A stretch of 53,267 nucleotides of DNA, the filler included, from Dirinaria sp. TL-2023a (Eukaryota), in assembly GCA_051941275.1 (NCBI GenBank). It is 3 parts of 3 records of this genome, joined end to end, with 100 filler letters (N's around TTAATTAATTAA, not from the genome) between each part and the next. Parts side by side here need not be neighbours in the genome. Positions count along the whole stretch, not along the records: positions 17,809 to 35,495 come from JAVEBF010000415.1; positions 35,596 to 53,267 come from JAVEBF010000416.1; 1 more part is not named here. One strand, written 5' to 3'. The first letter of the stretch is position 1, and each line of letters starts with the position of its first letter. The position numbers were made by a program, and so were the translations under genes. This document shows positions 22,820 to 36,223 of the stretch, in pieces. The notes below the pieces were generated by a model, which was not told the origin of the DNA, did no database searches, and saw only the letters and a list, made by a program, of their open reading frames with translations.

Positions 22820-24903
22820 CTACATGACCACCGCCACATGGTCATCCATATACTGATCGATATTGCCCAGGAGACAACTCGCGATGATACTGACGCCACC
22901 GAACGCCAGACTCGTCAAGTACACGTACTTGTAACTCTGCGCGTATGCCACTTGACCGGCCTTGACGATAATCTCCCAAGCCATGGGGTTCGGGTTGTCT
23001 GCGATACCCGGCAGCAGCTTGATCTCGTCCAGCAGCGAGGCACCGGTCAAGGTGATGACTTCTGTAATCTCCGGCAATGAGGTTACATTAAGCTCCAGTA
23101 CCATGGCTCCACCAATGTACTTCTCCGCGTTGGCCACAAACTTGTTGATGAAAACATTGTAGTAAGTGGTGTAGCCGATTGAGCCACCGATAACACGAAT
23201 GGCGAGTGTAAGGGCTGCAACAGTGGCAATGAGATCGTCAGGGCAAATGATGGTTGTGATGATGGACGCTGGAACAACAAGCCCGCCTATTCCTAAACCA
23301 GCCAGGACCAGCAAGCCCCACAGGGTATGGAGGTTATCGACTCGAGCACAGGCAAGAGCAGCGGTGCCTGCCGAGGATGATAAGTATTCGAAGTCTCAAA
23401 GTACAAAATAAGGTCTCTTTAGGCTTACCAGCTGTCATTAGTACGGATGACCCGATCATCAGTTCCCTGTTGTGACCACGGAAGACGCTCAAGAGCCAAA
23501 GAACGACAACGGCACCTGCCAGGATACTAAACCCAATCGGAAGCCCTCGAACACCTACCCCAATTGGATCTTGGCCATAGACATTAAATGCCTGTGTTGG
23601 CCAGAAGAGGAGCACTGAGAAGAAGTTGGCACCCGATATGGCCGTAATGATCAAAGTAAGCGCGAGGATCTTGGGACTTTGCTTAAGGCGGCTTGGGAAC
23701 ATAGGATACTTGGCGAATTTCCATTCCCACACAACGAAGGCTGCGATAAGTGCAGCGCCGATGAGCAGGGGGACAAGGACATGCGCACTACGCCAGGAGT
23801 ACTATCAAGCTGTCAATGCAAGACAAACTAGCTCGTACTCGGAAGCGGGTAAATACCTGATAACCACCCCACTGAAGTCCGGCCATGAAAAGAAGCATGC
23901 CTGCCACGCTGAGGAAGCCGCCAACATAGTCAATCTGTTTAAGTATTGCTGCTTTCGACAGACCTCGTGAATTCACTCGAGGGGGAGGAAAGTAGAAGAT
24001 CAGCGTCATGAGAAGCCCAAACGCAGCCCAGGCTCCACAAAGCGCTCCGCAGTACCTCCACCCGTGCCTTGAAGCAATCAACTGGGCCCAGAGTACTGAG
24101 GGACAGAATGGAAGGATGGTGAAAACCAGGATAGCCACGTATTTACCTCGCTTACGGGTTGGCGCTAGCTCGGACGTAACGGCCAGGGCGGTGAGCTCGT
24201 TGATGCCAGCTCCGATCCCTGCGAAAGTCATACCACCTGGCAATCCTCATTAGAGCTTTAATTCGGCTCATAGACGTACTAGTCTTACAGATAAAGGTAT
24301 TCATGGTGTTCGCAGTAGAAGATACAATCATGCCGAGGACGATAAGACCAGCACCGATAAGAGCTACATAGCGTCGTCCCAGTAAATCGGATAAGGACCC
24401 AACGAAAGGGCAAATGGCCGCCAGAGACAAGAGGTTGGCAAGTACCTAGGATGATTGAGTACAGCGTCTCGCGGTAAGGGACGGAGGGGGGGGTTCTTAC
24501 AAACCAAATCCATCTATCAGCGCCACCAATGTCTCCGTAAATGTAAGGTGGGATACCGCCTATTCTGTCAGTCAGGAGCCTGCAGAGAATGGGACGAGAG
24601 AGATAGACCAAAGATGTAGAGGGGAATCTGTGAACCGGTCCAGAGAAACGCCATAGCAATGAGGGACATGATCCTCTTGAACGTCATCTAGAGACGAAAT
24701 CAGCTCTTCTATCGATGGCAGTATTGGAGGTGCCTAATTACGGGCGGCTCATGGTCGTGATCGTCTTCATCACCGTAGGTGCGGAGTCCGTTCTTCTCAT
24801 AGTACTGGTCATGACCCGGTACGCGCTCATTGGTGTGGACTTGTTCGACTTGTGCCCCTGTCACCTTCTCCTCGGCGGGGGAATCGGTCAAGTGTGGCGA
24901 CAT
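22820..24903 (-). CDS. MFS efflux pump, fungal trichothecene-efflux (TRI12-like) family; multi-intron
   Basis: GSLSDLLGRRY (MFS motif A), ELTALAVTSELAPTRKRG, FYFPPPR, IDYVGGFLS, and C-terminal YAQSYKYVYLTSLAFG across several exon ORFs. Confidence 0.85.
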
Positions 24904-25896
24904 GATGTGAGATCTGGAGTTTCAATACCTCGCACAGGCTTTGGTTCAAATCTAGGAATAAGGACAAAAGCAGGAGGTTTTTCAGTTGAATTTTAGAAGG
25001 GTCTTTGTCAAGAATACTTGGCAGGTGGTTAAGAAAAAGTGAATCAAGAGGCAATACCTACGCGCATGGCTTGTTCAATGCAAAAGCGTAGTCGAATTGG
25101 AGGAAAGGTACTACTCATATGCTATTCTACTTTGGAGGGCTGTATTATCGGTATGTCGCGGTAGGCTCAGAGTTGCGACGGAATGGGCTGCGTGCTTTGT
25201 TACCTACTGTACTGTATATAGTGTATGCTTCCACCATACCAACGACAGGGGGGCTACGATAGCCTCGGACGAATCCGTGATCCTCCTCCGGTTACACCCA
25301 CGACGCCACTACAGCATGATCATCGGGTCAATTGGCCAGCCACAGCAGAATCCTTCATGAGGGTTTGCGACTTGGCACGCAATCAAAGTAAAGTAGGGTA
25401 CCTTACCTTGGGAGGGTGTGGGCAGCTCAAGTGCCGATGGAGCGGGGTCGAGGGGCTTCCCGAGGCAAGAGTTGTACGAGCACTGTAGGAGGACTGACGA
25501 GGACTAGATGCCGGATTATTTGCGCGTATCATAATTGTGCATGTAGGCCTTTTGATCCATTCTTGGCTTTGGAGAAGCAGAAGATAATAATGCCTACCTC
25601 GAAATAGGCCAAGACTTGGAGTTTGCCCATACAATCACTGCGTCCCTGATATTATTCTTGAGAGGAGGGACTACCGTGGAAACCCTGCTCTCCACGGTTT
25701 TGCCTTACGACTGTTGGCGCATCGACGCAGAAAAGGCAAATTCAGGATTAAGGGATGCCTGCCTGGTGACTGTTATCCCCTTGACCGACTACTTGGACTG
25801 TTTCACCTGCAAGCGAGAGCAAGCCATGCCATAGTTGCTTGTCTGAGGTTTTGGTCTGAAGATTGAGAAAGAGAGTGTACATGCGAGAGAGTATAC

Positions 25897-27611
25897 CTAT
25901 TTCTTATCCTTAGGGCTGAGCATAAGCTCTGGCCGCACGTATCGGTCAAAGTCCTCCTCGCTGAGCGCTTTGAGTTCCATTGCACTTTCTTTGAGCGTCA
26001 GGCCTTTCTTGTGTGCATTTTTGGCAACTTTAGAAGCCATGTCGTAGCCGATGACTGGGTTGAGGCATGTGACCAGCATCAGACTGGAAGCTGTTAGCGA
26101 ACAGTGCATGGTCGTAATTCGAGTCCTGAGATTACCTCTCATGGAGCAATGCCCCGATTCGCTGCTCGTCAGCTTGCAGACCTTCAACAAGGTTCTTCTC
26201 GAAGCTCTTCATGCCGTCACTGAGAATCCTGATGCTGTGAAGTAGGTTTCGGATGAGCACTGGCTTAAAGACGTTGAGTTCGAACTGCCCGTTCATGCCC
26301 GCCACTGTGACCGCGGTATGGTTTCCGATCACCTGCGCGCAGACCATGGTGAGGGCTTCGCATTGGGTTGGATTGACTTTTCCTGGCATGATGGATGACC
26401 CCGGTTCGTTTTCCGGAAGCCTCAATTCGCCTAGACCGCAGCGTGGTCCTGACCCAAGGTAGCGTATGTCTTGTGCCACTTTGAATAGCGAGCTCGCAAG
26501 GGTGTTCAAAGCCCCAGAAGCCTCCACGATGGCATCATGGGCAGCTAACGCCTCAAATTTGTTAGGGGCCGTCCTGAATTCAGTTTTAGTCATCGCGCTG
26601 ATCTCTGATGCGATCGCTTCGGCAAAGCCATTGAAAGTGTTCAGCCCGGTACCGACGGCAGTCCCACCCTGTGCAAGAAGTCGCAGATTGGGCAGTGTAG
26701 ACTCCACACGTTCAATACCCCTTTCCAGCTGTGTCACGTAGCCGGAGAATTCTTGGCCGAGGGTTAAGGGCGTCGCATCTTGTAAGTGTGTACGGCCGAT
26801 CTTGATGATTTTCTCGAATTGATTCTGCTTTGACTTCATTGCATCCCGCAAGCTTTTGAGTGACGGTACGAGCGACTCCTCGATCTCCAGCACCGCCGCC
26901 ACATGCATGACAGTGGGAAAGCTATCGTTGGAGGAAGCCGACATGTTGACATGGTCATTGGGGTGTACCGGCTTTTTTGAACCCATGGTGCCTCCAAGTA
27001 TCTCAATCGCTCGATTGGAAATGACCTCGTTTGCATTCATGTTTGACTGTGTCCCCGATCCGGTTTGCCATACGACAAGTGGGAAATGGTCCACGAGCTT
27101 CAACGAAGCCACTTCTCCAGCAGCCTGCTGAATTGCTTTGCCCAGCTTTGGATCTGTGATAGATTCAGCTGGGCAGCTTAACAGAGTCTGGCCCAGTTAC
27201 CAAGTCCGTAGTCCATATTGACCGTAGCTGCAGCCCCTTTGAGTATGCCGAAGGCGCGGACAACAGGTGGTGGCATTCGGTCCTGGGGCTGATTGATTTT
27301 GAAGTTTTCCAGCGACCGTTCAGTCTGCGCCCCCCAATATTTGTCCGAAGGGACCTGGATCTCTCCAAAGGCATCGCTTTCAGTTCTTGTAGACTACTTC
27401 GAAGGTTTCATAAGTTTCCTGAGTGTCAAGAAGCGAACAGCGAGATGACTTGCAAGGTTCCGCGTACCATTTTCCGAATGCCAATGAAAGGTTGAAAGCT
27501 TCTGTGAGTCTTTGTAGGTGTGGTCAGATGTTTGGAGCTGGTTCGAGTCAAGCGTACGACATGTGAAGGAGCAGCGGGTTTGAATACGATCATTGTGCGC
27601 AGCCGGTGCAT
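25897..27611 (-). CDS. FUM1: Fumarate hydratase (class II) with N-terminal mitochondrial presequence
   Basis: [46 protein letters not shown] signature. Introns 27394-27467, ~27154-27198 and ~26082-26136. Confidence 0.95.
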
Positions 27612-30398
27612 AACCGTAGGTATTCACGCGGCTCGTCGGATTCTACAAGTAGAAGCTGGTACAAATCTACCTTGAATCCGGGTAGGCGGAGACTAATTTA
27701 CCTGACCAAGCACGACTGGACCAATTCTATGCTAGCACGACCACACACATAAGGTCCTTGAAGTAAGGTAAGGTACCTTACTTTGCTCTCGTACTCCGTA
27801 CTGTAAAGTACTGTAGGAATCGGGTGGTTCCGGAAGGGTCTCTGAACATGCGCTAGAGCAAACCTGGTTAGTGTCTAAAAACGGGCTATTAAGGTACGGT
27901 ACCGTATGTTCCCTCACGCCCAAGCTCCACTCCTCAGCTCTTCCTCGTCTGTGAGCCTGTCAGGAACTCAAAGTGCAACCCCCGGGCTCTACATTGTTGA
28001 TGATCTCGTTACAAAGGAAAGCAGCAGGAGCTTCGATCGAGGTTTCTCCAAAAGCGTCGAAAACTCTACACACGCTTTAATGCCCCCTCTCTCGGATGTT
28101 ACCCATTATGCTTTGTGAATCATTAGAGCTATAAGAGCTCACTTGGACGTCTAGTATAACCCTGGTCCCTCCACACAATCATGGTAAGGACTATGTGGTC
28201 GATTCATAGCCTCGTCGTGAGTCTGCATTGGAAGTTTCATTGCTAAAGTATTCGAACCTTTGACTTTCCCTTTGCTCCACCTATGAACGTATGAACAACG
28301 CATCAAGCATCTCAATACCTACTCTGGATCATGCCCGTTGGCTCTGTTTTCATTGCGTCATGACACATGGAACGTATGGTATCTCGCTCAGTTGAGGAAA
28401 ATGATCCAACCCGGAAAGCAAAGGACATTTTGGCATTTAGCGCCAGTCATAACCTTGAATCTTGCCTCATGTGGTGTCACTGGCTTCTACTGGTCCATGG
28501 GAGTCCGAAGGAAATACATCCTCAACCGCTGGACCTTGAGTTAAACCTGCTTTAGGCAGCGATCTTTCCGCTGACCAGTGCAGATACTCAAGGTCCCGGC
28601 CACTTGCTGTCCAACTAACAACCTAGGACGTCAGCATCTCATGACCTTCGAGCCAAGTCCGCACCTAGCCGCCATCGAGAGCATTTGTCAAGCATTGTGG
28701 TGCTATGGACAGACTGGTGCAATATGTTCGAGTCAGTCAGCGATCACTCCTCGAAGTCGGTTTACTCTCCCTCTGACCCGATCTTCTTCTCGGTTGTGCA
28801 CACTAGCAGCACTGCATGGCAGCTTCAGTCCTTCTAGTGGATAACGGAATCCTTCTGACCACTCGTCGACCATTTATCGCTGGACTCAGTCACTCTGGCA
28901 TCAGGATCTAGGCAGGCACTTGAAAAGGAATTCCCATGGTGCGACACGGCGACGTCCAGGTCCAATCGAATTCGGCGTATAACAAGTAGATGAAGAAGTA
29001 TAGAACGCACAATCAGGAGCTGCAATACAAAGCTGTTCACGTGCTGGCCCTGCGGCAGCTAGCCACCCCCTTCTACATACAGTCCTGGTGCCAGAAGCCA
29101 CCTGAGAAGGGCCAACATAGATGATCACGTACAGTACTCTCTTCTCAGCGCGTTTCTGTCCAGCTGTTACTCAGCAATTAAACGCCACTAGGTGTATGCG
29201 GAACCTTAAAGCCAAGAGTGCCAAAAGTTAGATGTGTAGGTACCTCGTACCGTATTTGCCTCCCATATCTCTCTAGGGGTACTGGTTACGTGAGATGACC
29301 TTACAAAGCTTCGGTTGATTACGGCTCGGCCGCAATAGGATCACCAAAATTGGAAGGGACACTTGCCAGATTTTACGTGGCCATGGATTTTGCTTGAGAC
29401 AAACCGCCGGCGCTACCCAAGCCGTCGCTAACGCTTGATGGGCGGCAATAATAATACTCACAATAATCAGTCATTATATTGCTGTACTACCCTAGGTACT
29501 ACTGGCGAGCACCCGACTACTACTACTTACTGTGGTGATGCTGCTGACTGGGGAAATTATGGCGACGGTCATCTGATCTCGGGCGGATTTTGGCAGATCC
29601 CACAAGCTGGGTGAGTCAGACTCAGACCTAGACCGATCGTCGATTTGCCGCGGAGCGAAACCTTCCAACCAGGAGGCTTCCTTTGAGACAGATCGTCGGG
29701 CCGACTACTTGCCACCACCAGGCTTCAGGATCGCTACTTTCCCTTAGCTGTCCATGCAGCCGACAGACCAGCAATGCAGAGTTTGCATGCACACAAGACA
29801 CTTCGTCAGCTATGGCTCGTGTCATTACCTCTCTGGACCTCGTTGGGAAGGGCTTCTTTGCTGCTGGTGCTTTGGGTTACCTTGTCCAACTTACCTTTAA
29901 TTGCAGTAGTATAGAGCAAATTATCCTATTTTTCCGGGGACCGATCCCGTGCTCCGGGCCTCACTGTGGGCAGAAAAACACGGTGCTGGACAAAACCGAG
30001 CTCCGGTGGCGGGGGTGATGCAAACAGGCTTAGCGGCAACGGAGCCGTAACACCTCTCTGACTCTTCAGCACCTTTTTTTTTCCCTCTGCCAAGACCAAC
30101 CCTTCAAAAGCCAACCAACGATCTGCAACCGGAGGATGTTGAATCAGGCTCTTGAACAACAGCAACCATAAAAAGTCATGCTCGCACCAGCACAAGGCGA
30201 ATATTAGAAAGAGAAAAAAAAAAAACAAAACTTCAAAGGCCAGCAGAATTGAGTTGGCAGCGGGTCCGTCTCAAACAATTGCAATCACAAATCAGCAATA
30301 AAAGAGAATGTGGCTTGCTGTGTGTTCCGGAAGCAAATAATAATCAGATCCGTAAATAAATCTCTGCAGTGGGCAGTAGTCGTAGTAGGCAGTACGTA

Positions 30399-30428
30399 GG
30401 CAGTGGGCAGTGGGCAGTGGGCAGTGGT
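30399..30428 (+). repeat. (GGCAGTG)4 minisatellite with degenerate flanking copies
   Basis: Direct reading. Confidence 0.85.
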
Positions 30429-31503
30429 GGGTCTGTTCATGGGTGGGAGTCACACTCGCACGCTAGCTCGGGCTTTCTCGCAGCAACTGAAGTTGCTTTT
30501 ACTAGCGACTCGCCCACTCCCAGTCCCAGATGCTGCTGCCCATATTCTCCCGCCTCTCCCAGTCTCCCTCCCCCTCAGCCCAAATATCTCCCCCTCAAAT
30601 CAACTCATCATGGACCGTCAGCAACATTAGAGGACAGCGAGCATGCTTTGAGCCTCATCAGAGTCTGTGTCTTGCTTGATATGTGTTGTCGCCTATTCTC
30701 CACTCCATCCCATTTGTATTTTTATGGCTACAGTATTATCGGAAACATTGGCGTTTGATTGATTGACTGTATCAACACTACTGCTGCTGGATTTCCGCAA
30801 GCGACCGTAAGGACAAAGCTCTCCCTTCCCCCATTATTATTCATTCTCTGAAGCAACATGAGTGTGTGTGTGTGTCTGAAGAGTCATCCGCTAACACTCA
30901 TTCCTTACGCAGAAGAAGTGTTCTTGTTGCTGCCTCTCTTCATTTAGTATTACCTGTCTCGACCGGCCTTTTCATCCCTTACCTGTTTCGCCACACTCCC
31001 TGCCTTCTGATCGCCATCCCGCCACTTCACCCCATTCACCACTCCTCAAGTCACTTCATTCATTATTCTGAGCACGTTTGCAGCCTCTCAAAATTCTTTT
31101 CACAACAACCCGCCTTCCCACCCACACGCAAACATCGAGTCCACCTAAAATCACCTGGGCGACACCTCTCGCCTGGTGTTGCTGCTGCGCATAAAGCACT
31201 CCCTGTTTGTTGCAGTTTTCGAGTCAGCAGCCACAATGGCCCCAAGGCAAAATATCTACATTCCAGTCACCGAGTATACAAAGACCGTCGTAACCGTTCT
31301 TGACACGTTGTCCGCCAGCGGCCCTTGGTAACTCCAAGTCGCTTTCCGGATTCTTCTCTGCGACAGCGCGTTCTCGTCGTCGAGTAGAAGTGGTCACCAA
31401 TCTCTCAACGGTTTCTCACGACAGGTTTTGTATACACGGTGGCTGGAAGCTGTTCAACTTTCAGCATTAGAGTTGATCCTAAAAAGTTTTTGAACAACTG
31501 GAT

Positions 31504-31583
31504 TGACTCATCTGGTCAAAACATTCTAGGCATACACAAGTCTGCCTATTCTAGTAGTTGTGTGGCGTCTGGAGCCTGACTCA
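31504..31583 (+). promoter_or_regulatory. Two candidate Gcn4/CpcA response elements (TGACTCA) upstream of the cyclin
   Basis: TGACTCA at 31504-31510 and 31577-31583, 145-225 bp upstream of ATG 31727. Confidence 0.45.
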
Positions 31584-31726
31584 ACCTTCCTTGGACGTAC
31601 AGACTACAATCATCTATCACGAGCGTCATTGCGTCAAGCCACTTATTATAATCGGAGCATCTGCTGGAGCTCAACACCTGCCCACTTGACTTGATTTAAT
31701 ACGGGGCGACGTACCTGCAAACCTTT

Positions 31727-34333
31727 ATGGATCTCATTTCAGATGTCAGCTCAGCAGCAGAAAGCGACCAAACCACGCCTCTCTACCAGTGCTCGTCTCC
31801 TGCCAGCTCTCACGAAGCATCTCCCTTATCCTCTATCTTCTCTTGTGACACCGCTTCAAGTCAGCATACCAGCACATCAGCATCCTCGAGCTCATCCGGA
31901 GAATGGGAAAATGCGAGAATCCTTTACTCCTTGAGCAATCCTCAGAACTCCGCCACACCTGATCATCGAGGACTAATCCATCCTAACGCCCCCGTACGCG
32001 TTGTCGCCAAAGGTTTCCAGGACTTTGGATCTGCTACATGGCGCGATGGTCCACCTTCCAGTCATCAAGTACAATCTCAGCAAGAGGTCCCCCTTAGCTC
32101 GCGACAAAATCCCCGTCGTTCCCGACCTCAGATTAGGGCTGACCCTAACGATGGAACTTCTGCCGTGCCACAGCCTCGGCCACCGCCTGCACTTGTTCGA
32201 CAAGAAGTCCGCAAAGACAGCTTTGTGGACAGCCTTGTTGGTGAGCTTATGTTCGTGGATGCTTGGTATCATTGCTAATGTTATCGGTCGGAAGACACGA
32301 CCACGCAGACGCTCGAGACGATTTGGCCGTTGACAAGATCATGTGGCAATCCCACTGACAAACAGAGGCTCATTGGCTTACGTACATTTGTACAGGAGGT
32401 GCTCAAGCGCTCGAAAACCAGCTATTCGACGCTTCTCGTCGCGTTGCATTACCTCATCGTCCTCATGCCTTGCGTACCTCGATACGGGAATTTCACAATG
32501 GAACAGATCGATGATTCGGAAGGATGCCGAGCGATGCAATGCGGCCGTCGAATGTTCTTGGCTGCGCTCATACTAGCTTCAAAGTACCTTCAGGATCGAA
32601 ACTACTCCACGCGAGCCTGGGGGAAGATATCGGGATTGAAGATCTGTGAGATCAATACCAACGAGAAAGTCTTCCTGGCCGCGATCAACTGGAGACTGCA
32701 TTTTCCCAGCTCGTTGTTTCAGCGCTGGGAGAATATTGTCTTGAAGTATTCGCCATCGGCGCAGCCAGCCACGACACCAAGGTCATGCCCGAATGCAAAC
32801 CGCACATGGCGGTCCATCATTCCACAGCTCAATGCGGAGCTCGATCAGTTCGACGATAAGGGCGATCTGTTGTCTGACAATGACTCTGGTTACTACTCTT
32901 CGAGCTCACGAGGAAGCTCGCGAGGGAGCTCGCCACATGCTCCACGGATCTCGGGCGAGCTCTTCACCCCAACCGCTCCATCGTCTTATGTCATACCCCG
33001 GGTTCTTGAACCGCAGCCTCGCGAAACGAAGTCGGAAAGCAAGATGCTGCCACCACTTCAGCCTCGCGAAGGTCCACTTCCCACCCCGAACTTCACTCCT
33101 CGCAACCCGGCTCTTTGCACTCCTGCAGTGAGTGCTTCAGGACTGCTGCCTCGCAAGTCGTCAATGGCGATGGCGATGGCGCAGAATAGGAAGACATGGG
33201 AAGACTCGCTACTGGACAGAGTAGACACGTTCAGCCCCAATTCGGCTGGCTGTGATCTTCGGCGCTTTTCGCGCACATCCTCAGACCTGTCAAAGGGTTC
33301 TTCCTCACCAGACTCAACCTACGGAAGTCAGTCCTCATACCCTTCTCGAACGTCGTCGATCTCTTCAGTCGCTTCATCGACCTGCGCGCTTCCTAGACCT
33401 GAGTGGACTTGGCAAGCGACACGTCGTTGTGCGAACTCACAGTCATCGAACTTGAGAGAATTTCAGCTACCGGGTCAGAACCAGACTTCGGAGAAAGTCA
33501 TGGCCTGGAACGACCCTTTTAGCTCCGTCAGGACCAACGACTCGTCGCCGGCTTCGTCCACCGTTTCGGATGAAGTCACACCCCGAGCAACGTTGCCTCA
33601 CACTCCAACTGCTGCGGCGTCATGCCGGACAACATACGATGCAGCTTCTGCGCTCTGCGAACTTAACCTCGAGCGGAATCTGCCGAGCCTTGGGTCTTCG
33701 CAGCCTGTCTCGTATCTGAGGTCACGCAAGCGGGAGCGACCTCGCTCTATCGATCATGCTCTTCAATCTTCCGTCCGGGAGTTGATCACACACGGCAACT
33801 TTAGAGATCTTGCGGACGTTGACCGAGAGCCTGAAAGGGTCCTGCCGGACAAGAAGGCAGCCAACACATGGCTATTGCAACGTGGAGCGGAGCCCCAAGA
33901 TGACTTCAAGGTTCTGGCTGCCGAGGAATTTCGGAATAAGTGCACGACTGCTCACCCTGCCATTGATCGCCAACGATTGTCAGATAACGAATCAGATTCT
34001 AGCTTCCTCCCTCGCAAGAAAGCTTGCATATCGCCTCCCAGCTTCGATCGCATTTGGGGAAGTATTGGTAACATCCCAACAAATTTCGGTCGGAGTAACA
34101 AGTCGTCGGTGAAGGTTGCTGCGCAAGGAGCTGACTCAAACCCAGCGTCACAAGATGACGCGAAGATGAGTTCGGCGCCGCGATCTCGGCTCGCACTCCT
34201 CCCGCACTCCAGGTCCATGTCCTATCCCAGCCAGCAACTACATCATGCGACAACGTTGCGCGCTGCCATTGATCATAATGATCGTGCAGCTCTTCGCAAC
34301 GGAAGATTGTGGGGCGAGATCTCACATAGTTAG
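31727..34333 (+). CDS. Pho85-type (Pcl/Pho80 family) cyclin, Pcl5-like
   Basis: Cyclin box LRTFVQEVLKRSKTSYSTLLVALHYL and CGRRMFLAALILASKYLQDRNYSTRAWGKISGL...EKVFLAAINWRL. RKDSFVDSLV is followed by an intron at ~32241-32295. Long Ser-rich tail. Confidence 0.85.
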
Positions 34334-35200
34334 GGAGACTCGTGGCTCAGGCATCAGGTGCTCCCCAGCTGTTCCAAGAAGAGGTACCCTAAGAACGCCG
34401 CCAGAGGAGAATACATATCCGATCTACATGTAACATATTTACGATAAGATAAAGCGCCTTGCATCAAGCCGTGGTGGATGCAGAGGGCGCTACAATTCAT
34501 ATTCAGGTATCTAGTCGAGGATGGGGTCGTAGGAAATAGCATAAATGGGCTGCATGGAACGGACGGGTGGATGGACGGATGGTTTATATGCTTACCTACC
34601 TACCTTCGGGCACCTACCTTACTTGAGCTATCCGACAGCGAATGAGAATATCCTAAACTTTTATGCCGTGTCCCGCTGCTTGTTTTGACCCTTTAAAACC
34701 TCTTTAACTTCGCAAAGGCCATACCTTATGTATCCGCATGCTCAATCTGCGACCTGCTAGCCCCCACCCTTGATCCCTAGGTGCTTAGCAGCTAATCCTC
34801 CGTCTCTAAATCCCATGCCCTAAATGGTTGCGAGACCGCAGCTCCATGTGACTCCGCTCTCTGCGCTCTGTATTGATTGAAGCGAACAGACGTCAACAAT
34901 CAATCTCCTATCTCCTGGCCAAAACCTCCTAACTCCGTCATCCCACCGAATCCTCTCAGCACCTTCTGTCCCTTCTTCTTCCATTCCGCCCCACAGTGAC
35001 CGCAGCAGTCTTCGCTCCACCCGACCAACGTTGCATACCTCAATTGCCTCCCTCAATCCGTCCCTGTCCCAGCGCAACCGGAGTTGGATGCACATGCCAC
35101 ATCCCATCTTCTTTTCCCACCGCCGCTACTACAGCGCCTCAAATACGAAGCCAGGATTTGTATATCTCAATCCCATAATTTAATTTCATTTCATTTCATT

Positions 35201-35495
35201 TCATTTCCCCCGCTCCCTCAGCTCCTGAATCCGCCCTTCTAATCCCCGCGCCGTGTCGACCATCGTCGCGCGCCGCTGCTCGAGGACCGCGATTCGTTCT
35301 GCAGGGGTGGAGGCTTGCCAGGTTTTCGCTTCCTGTGTTTTTGCCGAGGGAGTTAGTGTGGAGAGAAAGGAAGGGGAGGGGGTTGGGAACTATAGCGGGG
35401 AAAGGAATACTTTTGCAGCGTCCCGATCGGTTTTGAGACTTGCGCCGTAGTATGCTCCTGTCGCGGTTATGGCGATTACGGACGCGGCCAGGATG
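35201..35495 (-). CDS. Small conserved hypothetical protein (TM plus coiled coil); 5' end lost in gap
   Basis: ILAASVIAITATGAYYGASLKTDRDAAK, then an intron with a CTAAC branch point, then EAKTWQASTPAERIAVLEQRR...RIQELRERGK*. Confidence 0.6.
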
Positions 35496-35595
35496 NNNNN
35501 NNNNNNNNNNNNNNNNNNNNNNNNNNNNNNNNNNNNNNNTTAATTAATTAANNNNNNNNNNNNNNNNNNNNNNNNNNNNNNNNNNNNNNNNNNNN
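35496..35595. other. Artificial assembly gap/linker
   Basis: 100 nt of N with a central TTAATTAATTAA. Confidence 0.97.
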
Positions 35596-35872
35596 GGGGT
35601 TCGGACCGGGCCAGGCACATGTGGGGTGGGAGGTGCCGCATTTCGACCGCGAGGCGCATTTGCGGACGCAGCAGCAGCAGGAGCGGCGGTGGTCTTTGAG
35701 GAGGCGGGGTAGTGGTGCTGCTGCTGCGGATGAAGATTCGGGAGGAGATGGAGGAGGAGCAGCGGGTGGCTTGCTTGTTCAATTCCTCATCCTGAGCAGT
35801 ATTGTGTCTTTTTCGTTTGCACTCATACCTGCGTTGGCGGAGAACAAGGGGAGAAGGGGAAAGAACGATTAG
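35596..35872 (+). CDS. 3' end of a gene with a C-terminal TM anchor, possibly a fungal J-domain (DnaJ) protein; 5' part in gap
   Basis: GFGPGQ..VPHFDREAHLRTQ followed by a hydrophobic tail and a basic end. The family assignment rests on recollection of this motif only. Confidence 0.45.
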
Positions 35873-36223
35873 AGTAATCGCTTCACTTCCAACGGCAGGC
35901 TACTACTAGCTGTATAAAAAAAATTTTGCTTCTAAAAAAAACCCAGCAGAAAATCTATAATGACAAAAGGGAACGGGGCAAATCAAGTATTCCGGGAGCA
36001 AAAAGCTGAAACAGTGTTCTACAAGGGAATTACAAAAGTAACTACGCCCGATATATGCCGTATCGAAGAGGAACGAGTAGCATAAGATAGGCGCAGCCCC
36101 CCGCTGGGGTATGTATGTACCACCTGCTTCAAACACCCGAGGGCGCAGCTGGAAAAGAATCGAGGTAGTAGGTCGAATGTGGCAGCACTACCTCGACACA
36201 TTGAATTCGCGCGTGCTTCCTTC

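Noticed and set aside
27700..31700. Numerous 60-145 aa ORFs in the FUM1-cyclin intergenic region and other intergenic stretches
   Set aside because: No motifs, mostly non-ATG starts, low-complexity composition.
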